Notes: a model not told the origin generated them from the letters alone. Numbered from the stretch's first letter, positions 46,753 to 58,440 are shown. The stretch: 64,000 nucleotides of DNA from an uncultured bacterium (GCA_903842445.1 CAIMLT010000003.1:5696-69695); one strand, 5' to 3'. A program made the numbers and translations.

Positions 46753-48840
46753 TTATTTTTTCCCACCAGAAATTTCTTCCGCCACATTTTTTGGCACTTC
46801 GGCATAATGACTAAATTCCATCGCATAGTTGGCGCGACCTTGGCTCATTGAGCGAAGTTGGGTGGCATAACCGAACATCGAAGAAAGTGGTACCTCAGCA
46901 TCAATAATCTTTACCCTAGCATTACCTTCTCCGCGATCACCCATTTCTTTGATAATTCCCCGCTTAGCATTAAGATCACCAACAACATCGCCCATAAAGT
47001 TTTCCGGAGTAATAGTTTGCACTTTCATAATTGGCTCAAGAAGCATCGGCTTAGCTCTTCGACAAGCTTCCTTGAAAGCCATCGATCCGGCAATTTTAAA
47101 AGCCGCTTCTGAAGAGTCAACTTCATGATATGATCCGTCATACACAGTAGCTTTAATATCAACCATCGGGTATCCAGCCACCACTCCACTGTCCATAGCT
47201 TCTTTGGCACCTTTTTCAATCGGTGTAATATATTCTTGTGGAATAATTCCACCTTTGATTTCACTGACAAATTCGAAACCCTTCCCAGGTTCTTGTGGCT
47301 CAACGCGCATCCAGCAATGTCCATATTGTCCGCGACCACCAGATTGTTTAATATATTTACCTTCCGCTTCGGCTTTAACGCGAATCGTTTCGCGATAAGC
47401 GACTTGCGGTTGACCAACATTAGCTTCCACTTTAAACTCTCTTTTCATGCGATCAACAATGATGTCCAGATGCAGTTCGCCCATTCCAGAAATAATCGTT
47501 TGTCCGGTTTCCTCATCAGTGCGCACTTTAAAAGTTGGATCTTCTTCGGCCAATTTTCGCAGAGCAAAACCCATTTTTTCTTGGTCAGCTTTCGTTTTTG
47601 GTTCAATAGCAATTGAAATAACCGGTTCCGGAAAAGTAATTGTTTCGAGAAGAACTGGTTTCTCGATGTCGCACAAAGTATCTCCGGTTGTCGTATTTTT
47701 CATTCCAACTAGCGCTCCAATTCCTCCGGCATAAATTTCAGAAATTTCTTCTCGATGGTTAGCATGCATTTGCAAAATTCGCCCAATCCGCTCTTTTTCA
47801 TTTTTGGATGAGTTTAAAACATAAGATCCGGCTTTTAAAACTCCAGAATAAACTCGAAAAAATGTCAGTTGTCCAACATATGGATCAGTCGCTACCTTAA
47901 AAGCCAACGCTGCAAAAGGCGCATCATCTTGTTGCTTAACTTCCACCTCAATTGTTTCATCACGCACATCAGTCGCTTTAATCGCCGGCACATCGAGCGG
48001 AGATGGTAAGTAATCCACCACAGCATCTAGCACTAATTGCACACCCTTATTGCGCAAAGCCGTTCCCGTAAAAACCGGCACTAGCTTTGTCGCAATTGTT
48101 GCACGACGAATCGCCGCTTTCAATTCATCCTGTGAAATTTCTTCGCCATTCAAAAATTTTTCCGTAAGTGCATCATCAGTTTCGGAAACTTTTTCAACCA
48201 TCTTTTCTCGCCATTCCTTAGCTTTATCTAAAAGTTCTACCGGAATTTCTCCTTCAATCACATCCACTCCCATTTCTCCGGAAAAAGTATAGCCCTTCAT
48301 TTTGATAAGATCCACCACACCGGCAAAATCTCCGCGCTCTCCAATCGGAATTTGTAAAGCAACCGCATTTGGAGTCAAACGATCCCAAATTGTCCTTAGG
48401 GCGTAATAAAAATCAGCTCCTTCTTTGTCAATTTTATTAATAAAACAAACGCGCGGAACGCTATATTTATCCGCCTGACGCCAAACAGTTTCCGATTGAG
48501 GCTCAACGCCTTCCTTGCCATCAAATACCACTACGCCACCATCCAAAACACGCAATGAGCGTTCCACCTCCACCGTGAAATCAACATGCCCAGGAGTATC
48601 AATAATATTCACCTGGCAATCTTTCCAAAAACAAGTTGTCGCCGCTGAAGTAATCGTAATCCCGCGCTCCTGCTCTTGCTCCATCCAGTCCATCGTGGCT
48701 GCACCTTCATGCACCTCTCCGATTTTATGAGTCACCCCGGTATAAAACAACACGCGCTCGGTTGTGGTAGTTTTTCCCGCATCAATATGGGCAATGATTC
48801 CGATATTACGATACTTTTCGATTGGATATTGTCGTGCCAT
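46753..48840 (-). CDS. fusA: elongation factor G
   Basis: 695 aa with [12 protein letters not shown] and DTPGHVDF. Confidence 0.95.
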   Translation of the reverse strand: MARQYPIEKYRNIGIIAHIDAGKTTTTERVLFYTGVTHKIGEVHEGAATMDWMEQEQERGITITSAATTCFWKDCQVNIIDTPGHVDFTVEVERSLRVLDGGVVVFDGKEGVEPQSETVWRQADKYSVPRVCFINKIDKEGADFYYALRTIWDRLTPNAVALQIPIGERGDFAGVVDLIKMKGYTFSGEMGVDVIEGEIPVELLDKAKEWREKMVEKVSETDDALTEKFLNGEEISQDELKAAIRRATIATKLVPVFTGTALRNKGVQLVLDAVVDYLPSPLDVPAIKATDVRDETIEVEVKQQDDAPFAALAFKVATDPYVGQLTFFRVYSGVLKAGSYVLNSSKNEKERIGRILQMHANHREEISEIYAGGIGALVGMKNTTTGDTLCDIEKPVLLETITFPEPVISIAIEPKTKADQEKMGFALRKLAEEDPTFKVRTDEETGQTIISGMGELHLDIIVDRMKREFKVEANVGQPQVAYRETIRVKAEAEGKYIKQSGGRGQYGHCWMRVEPQEPGKGFEFVSEIKGGIIPQEYITPIEKGAKEAMDSGVVAGYPMVDIKATVYDGSYHEVDSSEAAFKIAGSMAFKEACRRAKPMLLEPIMKVQTITPENFMGDVVGDLNAKRGIIKEMGDRGEGNARVKIIDAEVPLSSMFGYATQLRSMSQGRANYAMEFSHYAEVPKNVAEEISGGKK

Positions 48841-48869
48841 TTTTCTTTTTTATTTATAATAATTTAAAC

Positions 48870-49337
48870 CTACGCAAAATGCGCAAATGCCTTATTAGCA
48901 TCCGCCATTCTATGCACATCATCTCTTTTTTTCATTGCACTTCCGGCTTTGTTTGAAGCTTCAATTAGCTCATCGGCTAATTTCTCGGCCATTTTTTTGC
49001 CTTTCTTGGAAGAAATTGCAGCTTTAAGCCAACGAATAGCCAAAGTCGTGCGCCTTTCGCCCAAAACTGGAACTGGAACTTGATAGTTTGCGCCACCCAC
49101 ACGACGAGATTTCAGCTCTACTAATGGAGCGACATTTTTTAAAGCTTGCTCAAAAATATTCAGTCCGCCTTTTTTAGTTTTCTCGTGAATAATATCAAAT
49201 GAGTCATAAACGATTCTTTCGGCTGTCGTTCTTTTTCCATCTTGCAAAATACTGTTGATAAACTTACCCACCAAAAGGTTGTCGTATCTCGTGTCTGGTT
49301 TAACATGTTTTTTAAATACTCTTTTTCTTCTTGCCAT
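48870..49337 (-). CDS. rpsG: 30S ribosomal protein S7
   Basis: 155 aa, str operon. Confidence 0.9.
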   Translation of the reverse strand: MARRKRVFKKHVKPDTRYDNLLVGKFINSILQDGKRTTAERIVYDSFDIIHEKTKKGGLNIFEQALKNVAPLVELKSRRVGGANYQVPVPVLGERRTTLAIRWLKAAISSKKGKKMAEKLADELIEASNKAGSAMKKRDDVHRMADANKAFAHFA

Positions 49338-49363
49338 AATATTAACAAATTTCTTAAGCTACT

Positions 49364-49783
49364 TTATTTCTTATCTTTTTCTACTTTAGCGCCATATTTA
49401 CTGCGACCTTGTTTTCTATTGGCTACTCCGGCACTATCCAAAACTCCACGCACGATATGATAACGCACACCCGGCAGATCTTTTACACGTCCACCTCTTA
49501 ACATTACGATTGAGTGTTCTTGCAAATTGTGTCCGATTCCTGGAATATATGCGGTAACTTCCATGCCGTTAGTAAGTCTTACTCTCGCAATTTTTCGTAA
49601 AGCCGAGTTTGGTTTTTTTGGAGTGGTTGTGCTAACTTTCAAGCATACTCCGCGCTTAAACGAACTATTGGTGAGGACCGGTTTATTTTTCAAAGTATTG
49701 AAAACATGCTTAAATGCGGGTGTTTTTGACTTGCTCTTGACAGATGTTCTTGCTTTTCTTTTTAATTGATTGATTGTTGGCAT
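49364..49783 (-). CDS. rpsL: 30S ribosomal protein S12
   Basis: 139 aa with MPTINQL start and [10 protein letters not shown]. Confidence 0.9.
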   Translation of the reverse strand: MPTINQLKRKARTSVKSKSKTPAFKHVFNTLKNKPVLTNSSFKRGVCLKVSTTTPKKPNSALRKIARVRLTNGMEVTAYIPGIGHNLQEHSIVMLRGGRVKDLPGVRYHIVRGVLDSAGVANRKQGRSKYGAKVEKDKK

Positions 49784-49868
49784 GGGAATTTATAAATATT
49801 AAATAATTGCTAATAAAAAAACTGCCAGTTATCTAGCCCAATAAGCATAAAGGAAAGCAAGAAATATG

Positions 49869-50558
49869 TCAAATCGCCACCCTGAGAAATGCGTTAATTG
49901 CGGTGCCAAGAAATATACGAAGTGGCGAAGAAAAAAAGAAAATAAAAAACAAAAGAAGCATAAAGCCAAATTGCTCAAGCATTGCTTGGGTTTCGATTTT
50001 GATTGGAAAAATCGCAAACAATAGTTTTGAGCCATCGAGAGGTGGAATCGGAATTAGATTAAAAAAAGCTAAAAAAACATTAATAATTACCCCAATAATT
50101 AAAAGCTCATAAAATATAGCACTAAATGATCCGGAAATCACCCCGGAAACCGTTGACCATTCATTAAAATTATTAATAATATCTTTCTTGAGGTGCAGTG
50201 GAAGTGCGATAAACCTCGCTCCGATGGCAGCCAAAAGAGCCACCAGCAAATTTATTCCCGGCCCTGCCATCGCCACCATCGCCGGTCCCCATTTTTGGTT
50301 TTTCAAGTTATAGGGATTATATGGCACCGGTTTTGCCCAACCAAAAGCAAAGCCAAAAGAAAGGTACATGAATAATGGCGCCAAAAACGAACCGACTAAA
50401 TCCAAATGGTTAAGCGGATTAGCTGTTAATCGCCCAGCATACTTGGCCGTATTATCTCCCAACCAAAGTGCCATCACGCCATGAAAAACCTCATGAATTA
50501 TAACTGAGTAAAGCAAAATTGCTATATAAAAAATAATCAAAACAATTTCATTAGTCAT
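49869..50558 (-). CDS. M50 family (site-2-protease-like) membrane zinc metalloprotease
   Basis: 229-aa polytopic protein with HEVFHG (HExxH) in the first TM region. Confidence 0.7.
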   Translation of the reverse strand: MTNEIVLIIFYIAILLYSVIIHEVFHGVMALWLGDNTAKYAGRLTANPLNHLDLVGSFLAPLFMYLSFGFAFGWAKPVPYNPYNLKNQKWGPAMVAMAGPGINLLVALLAAIGARFIALPLHLKKDIINNFNEWSTVSGVISGSFSAIFYELLIIGVIINVFLAFFNLIPIPPLDGSKLLFAIFPIKIETQAMLEQFGFMLLLFFIFFFSSPLRIFLGTAINAFLRVAI

Positions 50559-50633
50559 ACAATTTCCTTGCTAAAATTATATTCCTATGCTACCTTATAT
50601 CTTGTAATAAATCAACCATTAACACTTAATTTT

Positions 50634-50807
50634 ATGAGTCGATTTTGTGAAGTTTGCGGACGCGGTCCAGGAACAGGACACACAGTCAGCCATTCTAATG
50701 TGAAAACCCTGCGAAAATTTCAAATCAATTTACAAAGCAAAAAAATTGACGGCGCCAAAACCAGAATTTGCACCCGCTGCATTAAAACAGCTAATAAAGA
50801 AAAATAG
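50634..50807 (+). CDS. rpmB: 50S ribosomal protein L28
   Basis: 57 aa: [34 protein letters not shown]...CTRCIK. The ORF-track entry starts further upstream at a spurious Met. Confidence 0.8.
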   Translation: MSRFCEVCGRGPGTGHTVSHSNVKTLRKFQINLQSKKIDGAKTRICTRCIKTANKEK

Positions 50808-50828
50808 GTTTTTTTCTTGAAACTAAAA

Positions 50829-50862
50829 AATCCTCCGAAGCGTAAGCCGAAGAGGATTTTTT
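50829..50862 (+). terminator. putative Rho-independent terminator after rpmB
   Basis: An A-run, then atcctc...gaggat stem, then ttttttatt immediately 3' of the L28 stop. Confidence 0.5.
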
Positions 50863-51078
50863 ATTATGCGTCATTCCCGCCCCCGTTTTCACGAGGATAA
50901 ACTCCAGCGGTAATCCAAGTCTCGAGGCTATATTGAAAACATAAAGCTTGCTGGTTAGGCTTGCCTCATTAAACTAGGACGTTATCTTTCTTTCTAAAAT
51001 TATCGAGGCATCTGGTCTATACTTTCTCACTTAGCTTTTGCACTGAATCCCCGACTTCTCGGGGATGACATGAAAAGC

Positions 51079-51684
51079 CTATTCCAAAATCCCATCCAAA
51101 TTTACATCATAAAGAATCTGCTCTTGAACTAGGCGATAGTTGATAATTTCTTCCGGTGCAAACCAAAGATCAATTTCTCTTTCTGCTTCTTCCGGTGATT
51201 CTGAGCAATGAATTAAATTCCTGACCGCACGTCCATCGACACTGGTGATTTCATAGGAATCAATTGTTAAATCCCCGCGGATTGTTCCCACATCAGAAGT
51301 GGTTGGTTCAGTTGTTCCAACTAGCTTTGTCACCACCGCTGTCGCTTTATTACCCTCCCAAATCATTGCCACCACTGGACCGGAAGTCATAAATTTAACC
51401 AACGCTTCAATAATTTCCTTGCCATAATCAATTGCACTTTTGTTCACGGAAAGACCATTGGCTTTGCGTTCATCAATACTGCGACTGCCCTTTTTTTCAT
51501 ACCAAACATCATCTTTATTGTAATGCTTCCAACATCTGTCAGCATCAAGTAGCGTCATTTTCAAACTAACAAGCTTTAGTCCGGTGCGCTCAAAACGCCT
51601 AATTACTTCTCCGATGAGACCTCTTTGCACGCCATCTGGTTTAATAAAAACCATTGTTCGTTCTTTTTTTGGATGCCTAACCAT
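51079..51684 (-). CDS. ndk: nucleoside diphosphate kinase (elongated, about 200 aa)
   Basis: FIKPDGVQRGLIGEVI start and NLIHCSESPEEAEREIDLWF active-site region. It is about 50 aa longer than typical Ndk because of internal insertions. Confidence 0.8.
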   Translation of the reverse strand: MVRHPKKERTMVFIKPDGVQRGLIGEVIRRFERTGLKLVSLKMTLLDADRCWKHYNKDDVWYEKKGSRSIDERKANGLSVNKSAIDYGKEIIEALVKFMTSGPVVAMIWEGNKATAVVTKLVGTTEPTTSDVGTIRGDLTIDSYEITSVDGRAVRNLIHCSESPEEAEREIDLWFAPEEIINYRLVQEQILYDVNLDGILE

Positions 51685-51711
51685 AGATTTGCATTTTTAA
51701 TAAATTATTAA

Positions 51712-52749
51712 CTATTCTTTATTCGCCTCAATTTCCAGTTCCTCCACTTTCTTAAAAATCCCCTTCACAATTTCCGCCTGGATTTTTTTATCACTTTTCA
51801 AAAACGCCTTAGCCGGTTCGCGACCAACGCCCAACTTAACTTCTCCGAAAGAATATGAATTACCTTTTTTCGTTACCACTTCATATTTTACGCCAGTATC
51901 AAGCACATCGCCGGCGGCGGAGATTCCTTCGTTATACATAATATCAAATTCGGCAGTGCGAAAAGGCGGAGCAACTTTGTTTTTTACAATCTTTACTTTC
52001 GTTCGGTTACCCACAATGTCTTCACCTTTTTTGATTTGTGCCGAGCGCCTCACTTCCACGCGCACAGAAGCATAAAATTTCAAAGCGTTTCCGCCAGTCG
52101 TTGTTTCCGGATTACCAAACACTACCCCAATTTTCATGCGGATCTGATTGATAAAAATCACCGTGCAATTTGAACGAGAAATAATCGCTGTTAGTTTTCG
52201 CAAAGCCTGCGACATAAGTCGCGCTTGCCTTCCCATATGACTATCCCCCATATCGCCCTCGATTTCTGCTTTTGGAACAAGCGCTGCGACACTATCCACG
52301 ACAACCACATCAATCGCTCCGGAATTAACGAGAGCATCAACAATATCCAATGCTTGCTCACCATTGTCAGGTTGAGAGATAAGAAGATCATTCACATTAA
52401 CTCCGATTCTTTTGGCATATTCCGGATCAAGCGCATGCTCAGCATCAATAAACGCTGCCACCCCGCCAGCTTTTTGGGTATTCGCAATAATATGCAATGT
52501 CAGTGTTGTCTTTCCTGAAGACTCCGGTCCATAAATTTCCACTACCCGACCTCGCGGAATTCCTCCAATCCCAAGCGCCAAATCCAATGAAATCGAACCA
52601 GTTGGAATAGAGGCCACATCAACATGCTTAATGTCCCCCAATTTCATAATCACACCTTCGCCGAATTTATCTCGAATTTCCGATACAACATTGTCCACGC
52701 CTTTTTCCTGTTCTTTGCTTTTTCCTTCTTTTTTCTCTTCGTCTTTCAT
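51712..52749 (-). CDS. recA: recombinase RecA
   Basis: GPESSGKTT Walker A and the RecA L1/L2 regions. Confidence 0.95.
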   Translation of the reverse strand: MKDEEKKEGKSKEQEKGVDNVVSEIRDKFGEGVIMKLGDIKHVDVASIPTGSISLDLALGIGGIPRGRVVEIYGPESSGKTTLTLHIIANTQKAGGVAAFIDAEHALDPEYAKRIGVNVNDLLISQPDNGEQALDIVDALVNSGAIDVVVVDSVAALVPKAEIEGDMGDSHMGRQARLMSQALRKLTAIISRSNCTVIFINQIRMKIGVVFGNPETTTGGNALKFYASVRVEVRRSAQIKKGEDIVGNRTKVKIVKNKVAPPFRTAEFDIMYNEGISAAGDVLDTGVKYEVVTKKGNSYSFGEVKLGVGREPAKAFLKSDKKIQAEIVKGIFKKVEELEIEANKE

Positions 52750-52839
52750 AATGATTTTTATTAATTTATTATTGTATTATCGTAGGGACAGGTTTAAAGC
52801 CTGTCCGTACTTTCAAACCTGTCCCTACCTTTATAAATT

Positions 52840-53895
52840 CTACTGCTTTTCATCCTCTTTGGCAAAAACCACCCCTTTAATTGATCCTTTTTCTTTTCCC
52901 AGAGTTCCATTATCCTCTCCATTAAGCTTAACATGAGTTGCATTCGCTTGTCCGGAATTGACCACAATCTTATCATTAGCACTGAATTTTTGAATAACTC
53001 CAAAAATAATTGTCCCACTGAAAACTAGATTCCCATCCGTTTCGACGCTAACCCACACCGGCCCAGGATCGACGCTTAGCTCAACTTGCACAGCTTTATC
53101 GGAATAATTTAAAACTCCTTGATCTGATGAATTCTCGTTTGCATTTTCTTCAGTCGCAAATTCAGTCGTTTCTTCCTCGTATTTGGCTTGCAACGTAATG
53201 CTTTCTGAAATTTCTTTTTTAAACTTATTTATAGCCTTAATATGAATAATGTTAATTCCTGATTGTAAGGTTATATTTTCTCTAAATTTTCCCTCGTCGC
53301 TAACTAAAACTAGCTGATCATTAATAAACACGCGCGCATCTTTGTCGGTTTTCCCTTCTACAAAAACCGATTTACCATCAATTTCAGAATTGGATTCTGG
53401 ACTAAGAATGATAAGACGTGGCGTATCGCTAAGCGATCCGGCTTCACGATAAAGATAGAAAAACACACCGACAAACAAAATAGCTAAGATAGACAACACT
53501 ATTTTTTTTGGCGTAAAAATAAAAATGGAAATATCCAGTGGCTTTATTTTAGAATTTTCTTTACCAAAATTCTTACCTTTTTCTAAATTTTTTTTAATCC
53601 CAGTTTCTTTCTCAAAAAGCTTCACTAAACTACTTTCGTCAACACCCAAGAAATCTCCATAACTTTTCAAAAATCCTCGCACATAAACATCAGCGGGAAG
53701 CTCGTCATATTTTCCGTCTTCAAGACATTGCAAATATTCCAACCGAATTTTTGTCACACGCGAAATTTCATTAAGCGCAATTCGTTTATCCGAGCGTAAT
53801 TTTTTCAATTTTTCGCCCAAAGTTAGTGTGCCAACTTTTCTTTTTGTAAAGCCATTTGTCATAGTTTGAAAAACATAATAAAAAATACTGAGCAT
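52840..53895 (-). CDS. RodZ-like HTH (XRE) membrane protein
   Basis: N-terminal HTH (LTLGEKLKKLRSDKRIALNEISRVTKI), a central TM helix and an extracytoplasmic C-terminal domain. Confidence 0.55.
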   Translation of the reverse strand: MLSIFYYVFQTMTNGFTKRKVGTLTLGEKLKKLRSDKRIALNEISRVTKIRLEYLQCLEDGKYDELPADVYVRGFLKSYGDFLGVDESSLVKLFEKETGIKKNLEKGKNFGKENSKIKPLDISIFIFTPKKIVLSILAILFVGVFFYLYREAGSLSDTPRLIILSPESNSEIDGKSVFVEGKTDKDARVFINDQLVLVSDEGKFRENITLQSGINIIHIKAINKFKKEISESITLQAKYEEETTEFATEENANENSSDQGVLNYSDKAVQVELSVDPGPVWVSVETDGNLVFSGTIIFGVIQKFSANDKIVVNSGQANATHVKLNGEDNGTLGKEKGSIKGVVFAKEDEKQ

Positions 53896-53937
53896 TTCAG
53901 AAATTTTATTTTTTGTTTCAATTTTTATTTTTGTTTC

Positions 53938-56316
53938 CTATATCTCCCACTTATCCCGCTTTTCCTGATCACTCACATCATCAGCATAGACTGTTCCAGC
54001 TTCTTCAGGAAGACCATAAATTTCTCTTGCTTTCGCGCCATCTGACGGCCCAACCACTCCTTTTTCTTCTAGGATATCGAGAAGTCGCGCCGCTCTAGCA
54101 TAGCCAACTCGCAAACGTCTTTGCAAAAAAGAAGCGGAAGCTTTTTTGGATTGCATAATTTCTTTTTTCGCCGCTTCATAAAGCTCATCATTGTTATCGT
54201 CATTAAAACCATTGAACTTATCCAATTCAGTTGCCACTGGATCAGATTTTCCAACTGTGATTTCTTCCGCATCATCTTCCGCTATATCCGCGCTTTCATT
54301 CTCGTCTCTAATAAATTTAACGATTTCTTTAACTTCTTTTTCCGTCACAAATACTCCTTGAATTCTTTGTGGCTTAGGAGAGTTGGCAGAAAGATAAAGC
54401 GAATCTCCGTTACCCAGGAGTTTTTCTGCACCAGCCATATCCAAAATCGTGCGAGAATCAATTTGAGTTGCTACTTGAAAAGAAATTCTGGTTGTGATAT
54501 TGGCTTTAATAAGGCCTGTGATTACTTCAACTGATGGACGTTGCGTAGAAACTATCAAGTGAATTCCAACTGCTCGAGCCATCTGCGCAATTCGCACAAT
54601 CGCCCCTTCAACCTCTTTGCCATGACTACCCATTAAATCTGCGAGTTCATCAATCACAATAACAATATATGGAATATTTTTCAAATCTTCTTCACTCACT
54701 TCGCCAGTTTCCGCGTCAACTAACTTTCTTTTCTCGCCACTCTTAATTTTTTCCTTATACGAAATAATATCCCGCACTCCAACTTCTTGAAATAATTTAT
54801 AACGCTTTTCCATTTCACTTACCGCCCATTTTAATGTATTGACAACTTTGGCGTTCTCAACAATTACCGGCGTAAGCAGCTGAGCTATTCCATTATAAAA
54901 CGACAATTCGACACGCTTAGGATCAACCATAATGAACTTTAGATCTTCAGGAGAATTTTGATAGAGTAACATTGTGATTATCGCATTGACACAAACTGAT
55001 TTTCCTGTTCCTGTCGCTCCAGCAACCATAAGGTGTGGCATCTTGTCCAAACTGCCAAAAATATAATTGCCACTCACATCTTCACCCAAAGCAATCGTTA
55101 AGTTGGATTTTCTATTTTTAAACTCTTTGCTCTCCAAAATTGAACGCAAGCGCACAAAAGAAGAACTCTTATTTGGCACCTCGATTCCAATAAGCGATTT
55201 TCCCGGGATCGGCGCTTCAATGCGAATTGGAGCAGCCAAAGCCAAAGAAAGATCGTTTTGCAATGCCAAAATTTTGGCAATTTTAACTCCAACAGCTGGA
55301 CGAAAACTATATTGAGTTACAGATGGGCCGGTTTTAATTTCACCTCTCTCTACTTCAATCCCAAAATTTCGCAAAGCATCCTCGATTAACTGCGCATTCA
55401 AATCCACATCACCACCCTTGGCTACTCCACTAGCTTTTTCCAAAATATCCACCGGCGGAAATTTCCACTTTAAGTTTCTGGATTTTTTATTAACACCATC
55501 GGATAGATCTTTTTTGGAAAAAGAACTAACTTGCGATTCTTCTTCATTTCCAAAAAGATCAGACGAAATAAATTGATCTCGCCCTTCTACGAATTTTATC
55601 TTTCCAATATTTTCTTTCGCTAACATCTCAATTTCTTTTTGCTCATTACGCACTACTTCCAAATCTTTTCTTATCTCAATCTCACCCTCTGATTTCTTCT
55701 CTTCATCATCTTGCTTTTCTATTTCTGTGTTATCATCTTGCAACTCGTTTTCTGACTTTTTTTCCGTCTTATCTCTCTTGAAATGTAAAATTAAATTAAC
55801 AATAGAAAATTCAAAAGCAATGATTACTCCCAAAAGAAGCAACGCTAAAATCACAACTAAACTTCCTGCGTTGCCCAAATATTTAATTCCCGAATAGGCT
55901 ACAGCGTAGCCAACATATCCGCCACCTCTCCCCCCTTCGGCCACCGCATGCATTTTGGCAGCGTCAAAAAACCAATGAAAAAGTCCGGTGATGCTAATAA
56001 AAACTACAAAAAGTCCGGCCAGTTTTGTTACATAAAAAATTGTTTCTTTTCTAAAAAATAAAACCACCCCGGCCAAAATCAAAAATAGTGGAAAAACAAA
56101 TTTCGTCCAGCCAATCGTTTGCCCGACTAACTTATTCAAAAATTCGCCCACCACACCGGCGTAACCGAAAAAACCGAGCAAAACCAAAACCGCCAGAGTA
56201 AACAAAATCACTCCGGACACATTCCTTTTGACATCTGAAGAAATAGAAAAATCGAATTTTTTTTCGGTTGGCTCCTCGAGAGTATTTTCTTTTGCTATCT
56301 TTTTTTTCCGTCCCAT
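53938..56316 (-). CDS. ftsK: DNA translocase FtsK/SpoIIIE
   Basis: 792 aa with N-terminal TM helices, a GATGTGKSV Walker A motif and a C-terminal gamma domain. Confidence 0.9.
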   Translation of the reverse strand: MGRKKKIAKENTLEEPTEKKFDFSISSDVKRNVSGVILFTLAVLVLLGFFGYAGVVGEFLNKLVGQTIGWTKFVFPLFLILAGVVLFFRKETIFYVTKLAGLFVVFISITGLFHWFFDAAKMHAVAEGGRGGGYVGYAVAYSGIKYLGNAGSLVVILALLLLGVIIAFEFSIVNLILHFKRDKTEKKSENELQDDNTEIEKQDDEEKKSEGEIEIRKDLEVVRNEQKEIEMLAKENIGKIKFVEGRDQFISSDLFGNEEESQVSSFSKKDLSDGVNKKSRNLKWKFPPVDILEKASGVAKGGDVDLNAQLIEDALRNFGIEVERGEIKTGPSVTQYSFRPAVGVKIAKILALQNDLSLALAAPIRIEAPIPGKSLIGIEVPNKSSSFVRLRSILESKEFKNRKSNLTIALGEDVSGNYIFGSLDKMPHLMVAGATGTGKSVCVNAIITMLLYQNSPEDLKFIMVDPKRVELSFYNGIAQLLTPVIVENAKVVNTLKWAVSEMEKRYKLFQEVGVRDIISYKEKIKSGEKRKLVDAETGEVSEEDLKNIPYIVIVIDELADLMGSHGKEVEGAIVRIAQMARAVGIHLIVSTQRPSVEVITGLIKANITTRISFQVATQIDSRTILDMAGAEKLLGNGDSLYLSANSPKPQRIQGVFVTEKEVKEIVKFIRDENESADIAEDDAEEITVGKSDPVATELDKFNGFNDDNNDELYEAAKKEIMQSKKASASFLQRRLRVGYARAARLLDILEEKGVVGPSDGAKAREIYGLPEEAGTVYADDVSDQEKRDKWEI

Positions 56317-56704
56317 AAAACTAGTTTACCATAAATCTTAAAAATATAAAAAGCCTTTCCGAAAAGGCTTTTTATAAGCTACCTATTTGCACTTTTTAAA
56401 AGAACCCCGCATTACTCAAAAAGGTGATTGCAAGCGCCGGCATTAAAGCCAGAAGAATCGCAAAATTCATTGTTTCTGCTTCTGCGCTTTCCTCTTCCCT
56501 TTTTTTGCACTCAGGGCAACTACATTCCTCTTTTATTTGTTCCATCTTTTTGTTTTTGTCTTTGCTCGAGAATTAAACTCCCAATCACAAAGATTTTAAA
56601 TAAAATAAAAAGAAAGTGGGCTCACCCACTCTCTTTATTACCTTTATAGTATACACCACCTAAACTAAAAAGTCAAGCCGAAAAAGATTTTCCCGCTTAC
56701 AAGC

Positions 56705-57097
56705 TTACTTCAACAGCCTGTTAACTTTCTTAGACAAGTCGCTTGGCGTAACCCGTGTTTTGACAAGAAATATTTGTATACCCATTTGCTCCACACGCCT
56801 TTGCGTCTCATCATCAACTGAAGCAGATAACACGATAATTGGAATATTTTTAGTTTTTTCTTCTAACTTTAATTTAGCAATCACCTCTTCACCGCTCATC
56901 ACCGGCATTGTCATATCAATGATTAATAAATCAAAATTTTTCGTCAAGGCTTCTTCAAAACCCCAAGCGCCATTTTTTGCAAAAAAGACTTGGAAGCCAT
57001 CTTGCCTTAACTTATCTCCAAACATTTCAATAAAAATTTCCTGATCTTCAATTATCAGAATTCTTTTTCCTTCAGTTTTTTTTCGTGCTTTTTCCAT
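56705..57097 (-). CDS. stand-alone response-regulator receiver domain (CheY-like)
   Basis: 130 aa with ILIIEDQ and DLLIIDMTMPVMSG phospho-acceptor region. Confidence 0.8.
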   Translation of the reverse strand: MEKARKKTEGKRILIIEDQEIFIEMFGDKLRQDGFQVFFAKNGAWGFEEALTKNFDLLIIDMTMPVMSGEEVIAKLKLEEKTKNIPIIVLSASVDDETQRRVEQMGIQIFLVKTRVTPSDLSKKVNRLLK

Positions 57098-57210
57098 AGT
57101 TTTTTTGAAAAACTAAGAAATCCGAATCAGTAAAATTATCCGCCACCTCCTTCTATATCTTTAATATACTCCTATTTTTTGGGAATGCAAGATAATAAAA
57201 AAATTAAATG

Positions 57211-57609
57211 TTATCTGTTCAGATAAGTTATGGTCAGTTGAAGAATGGTGGCAAAGGCAACCCAGAGGAGATATGGGATTTGGATGTAGCTGATCCAGCG
57301 CGCGTGAGGATAAATTGTCACCATCGACCAAATGAGAGTGGCCAAAACCAGCACAATGTCGATGGCGGCCAAAAGATTGTTTTTTAGTCCAAATTGCAGG
57401 GGTGTAAAAGAAAAGTTGAAAATCAGATTGAGGACAAAGGGCAAAACAGCCAAGAAAGGAATTTGTTTTTTGAAAAACATCCAAAAAACTTTCCCGAAAG
57501 AAATGGCAATCAACACATAGAGAAAAGTCCACACTGGACCAAAAAGCCAAGCCGGCGGAGACCAGGTTGGTTTGATTATTTGCGCATACCAATTGGATGT
57601 TTCGTTCAT
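57211..57609 (-). CDS. TspO/MBR family tryptophan-rich sensory protein
   Basis: KPTWSPPAWLFGPVWTFLY signature with multiple TM helices. Confidence 0.75.
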   Translation of the reverse strand: MNETSNWYAQIIKPTWSPPAWLFGPVWTFLYVLIAISFGKVFWMFFKKQIPFLAVLPFVLNLIFNFSFTPLQFGLKNNLLAAIDIVLVLATLIWSMVTIYPHARWISYIQIPYLLWVAFATILQLTITYLNR

Positions 57610-57615
57610 AGTGTT

Positions 57616-58440
57616 TTATTTAATTTTTTTAGTTTGCTTAATGTTAAGAAAATTCTTCTTGGTAGAAATTTTCTTGCCAGTTCTTTTTTCAATATCCTTT
57701 CTGGTACTGCCAGCAACCGCTCCACCTTCCTTGGCATCGCTTTTTAATTTTTCAAAGCCATTTGAATTTCTGTCTTTGTGAATTCTAGTAGTTGTCGCTT
57801 CACCCAGCATCGTGAGAATCAGCTCCAAATCATCCATATGATCACGCAAATTTTCCCGCTTCAAACCCTTGAATTTCTTATAATCCTCTGCCGACATATC
57901 AAAAGTTCCACCCAAAATTTCATTAGTCAAAATCGCATATTCGATTCCTTCCTTTGCTCCACGATTTTTCCATTCGCTGGTCAAACTTTCCCGCACTTCA
58001 ATGCCTCGCATCCGTTTTTCAATCCAACCTTCCGGATAACCCTTAGCGCGATAAATTTCACGGGCACGATTAGCTGCCAGCTCTGGATTTTCAATTTCCC
58101 TGATGCGATCATACCCGACTTTCGCGAGCCATTGTTTAAAAGGTTCAGCTTTGGGTGATGGAACCGATTGAATGATGCGAAGCATTGTTTCCGTGTTGGC
58201 ACAATCAGTTTCGCGCATTTTCCCATCTGGCGCTTCCAGCTTCAACTGTCCGATTTTTTCGGATACTTCAAGATATCCTTCATTTAAGAGCTTTCTCTTT
58301 AAATCGCTCCAGTATTTTCTGGGCCGATCGTTTCCTGCTAAAATTTCAATTGCATCAATAATAGAAAACCACCACTCGCCATCATGCCAAACTTTTCTAA
58401 CTTCCCTGCCTTCAAACAAAACTATTTTTGTGTTTTTCAT
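57616..58440 (-). CDS. Bro-N domain protein (DinD-like, phage-associated DNA-binding)
   Basis: The N-terminus VRKVWHDGEWWFSIIDAIEILAG is typical of the Bro-N domain. Confidence 0.65.
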   Translation of the reverse strand: MKNTKIVLFEGREVRKVWHDGEWWFSIIDAIEILAGNDRPRKYWSDLKRKLLNEGYLEVSEKIGQLKLEAPDGKMRETDCANTETMLRIIQSVPSPKAEPFKQWLAKVGYDRIREIENPELAANRAREIYRAKGYPEGWIEKRMRGIEVRESLTSEWKNRGAKEGIEYAILTNEILGGTFDMSAEDYKKFKGLKRENLRDHMDDLELILTMLGEATTTRIHKDRNSNGFEKLKSDAKEGGAVAGSTRKDIEKRTGKKISTKKNFLNIKQTKKIK

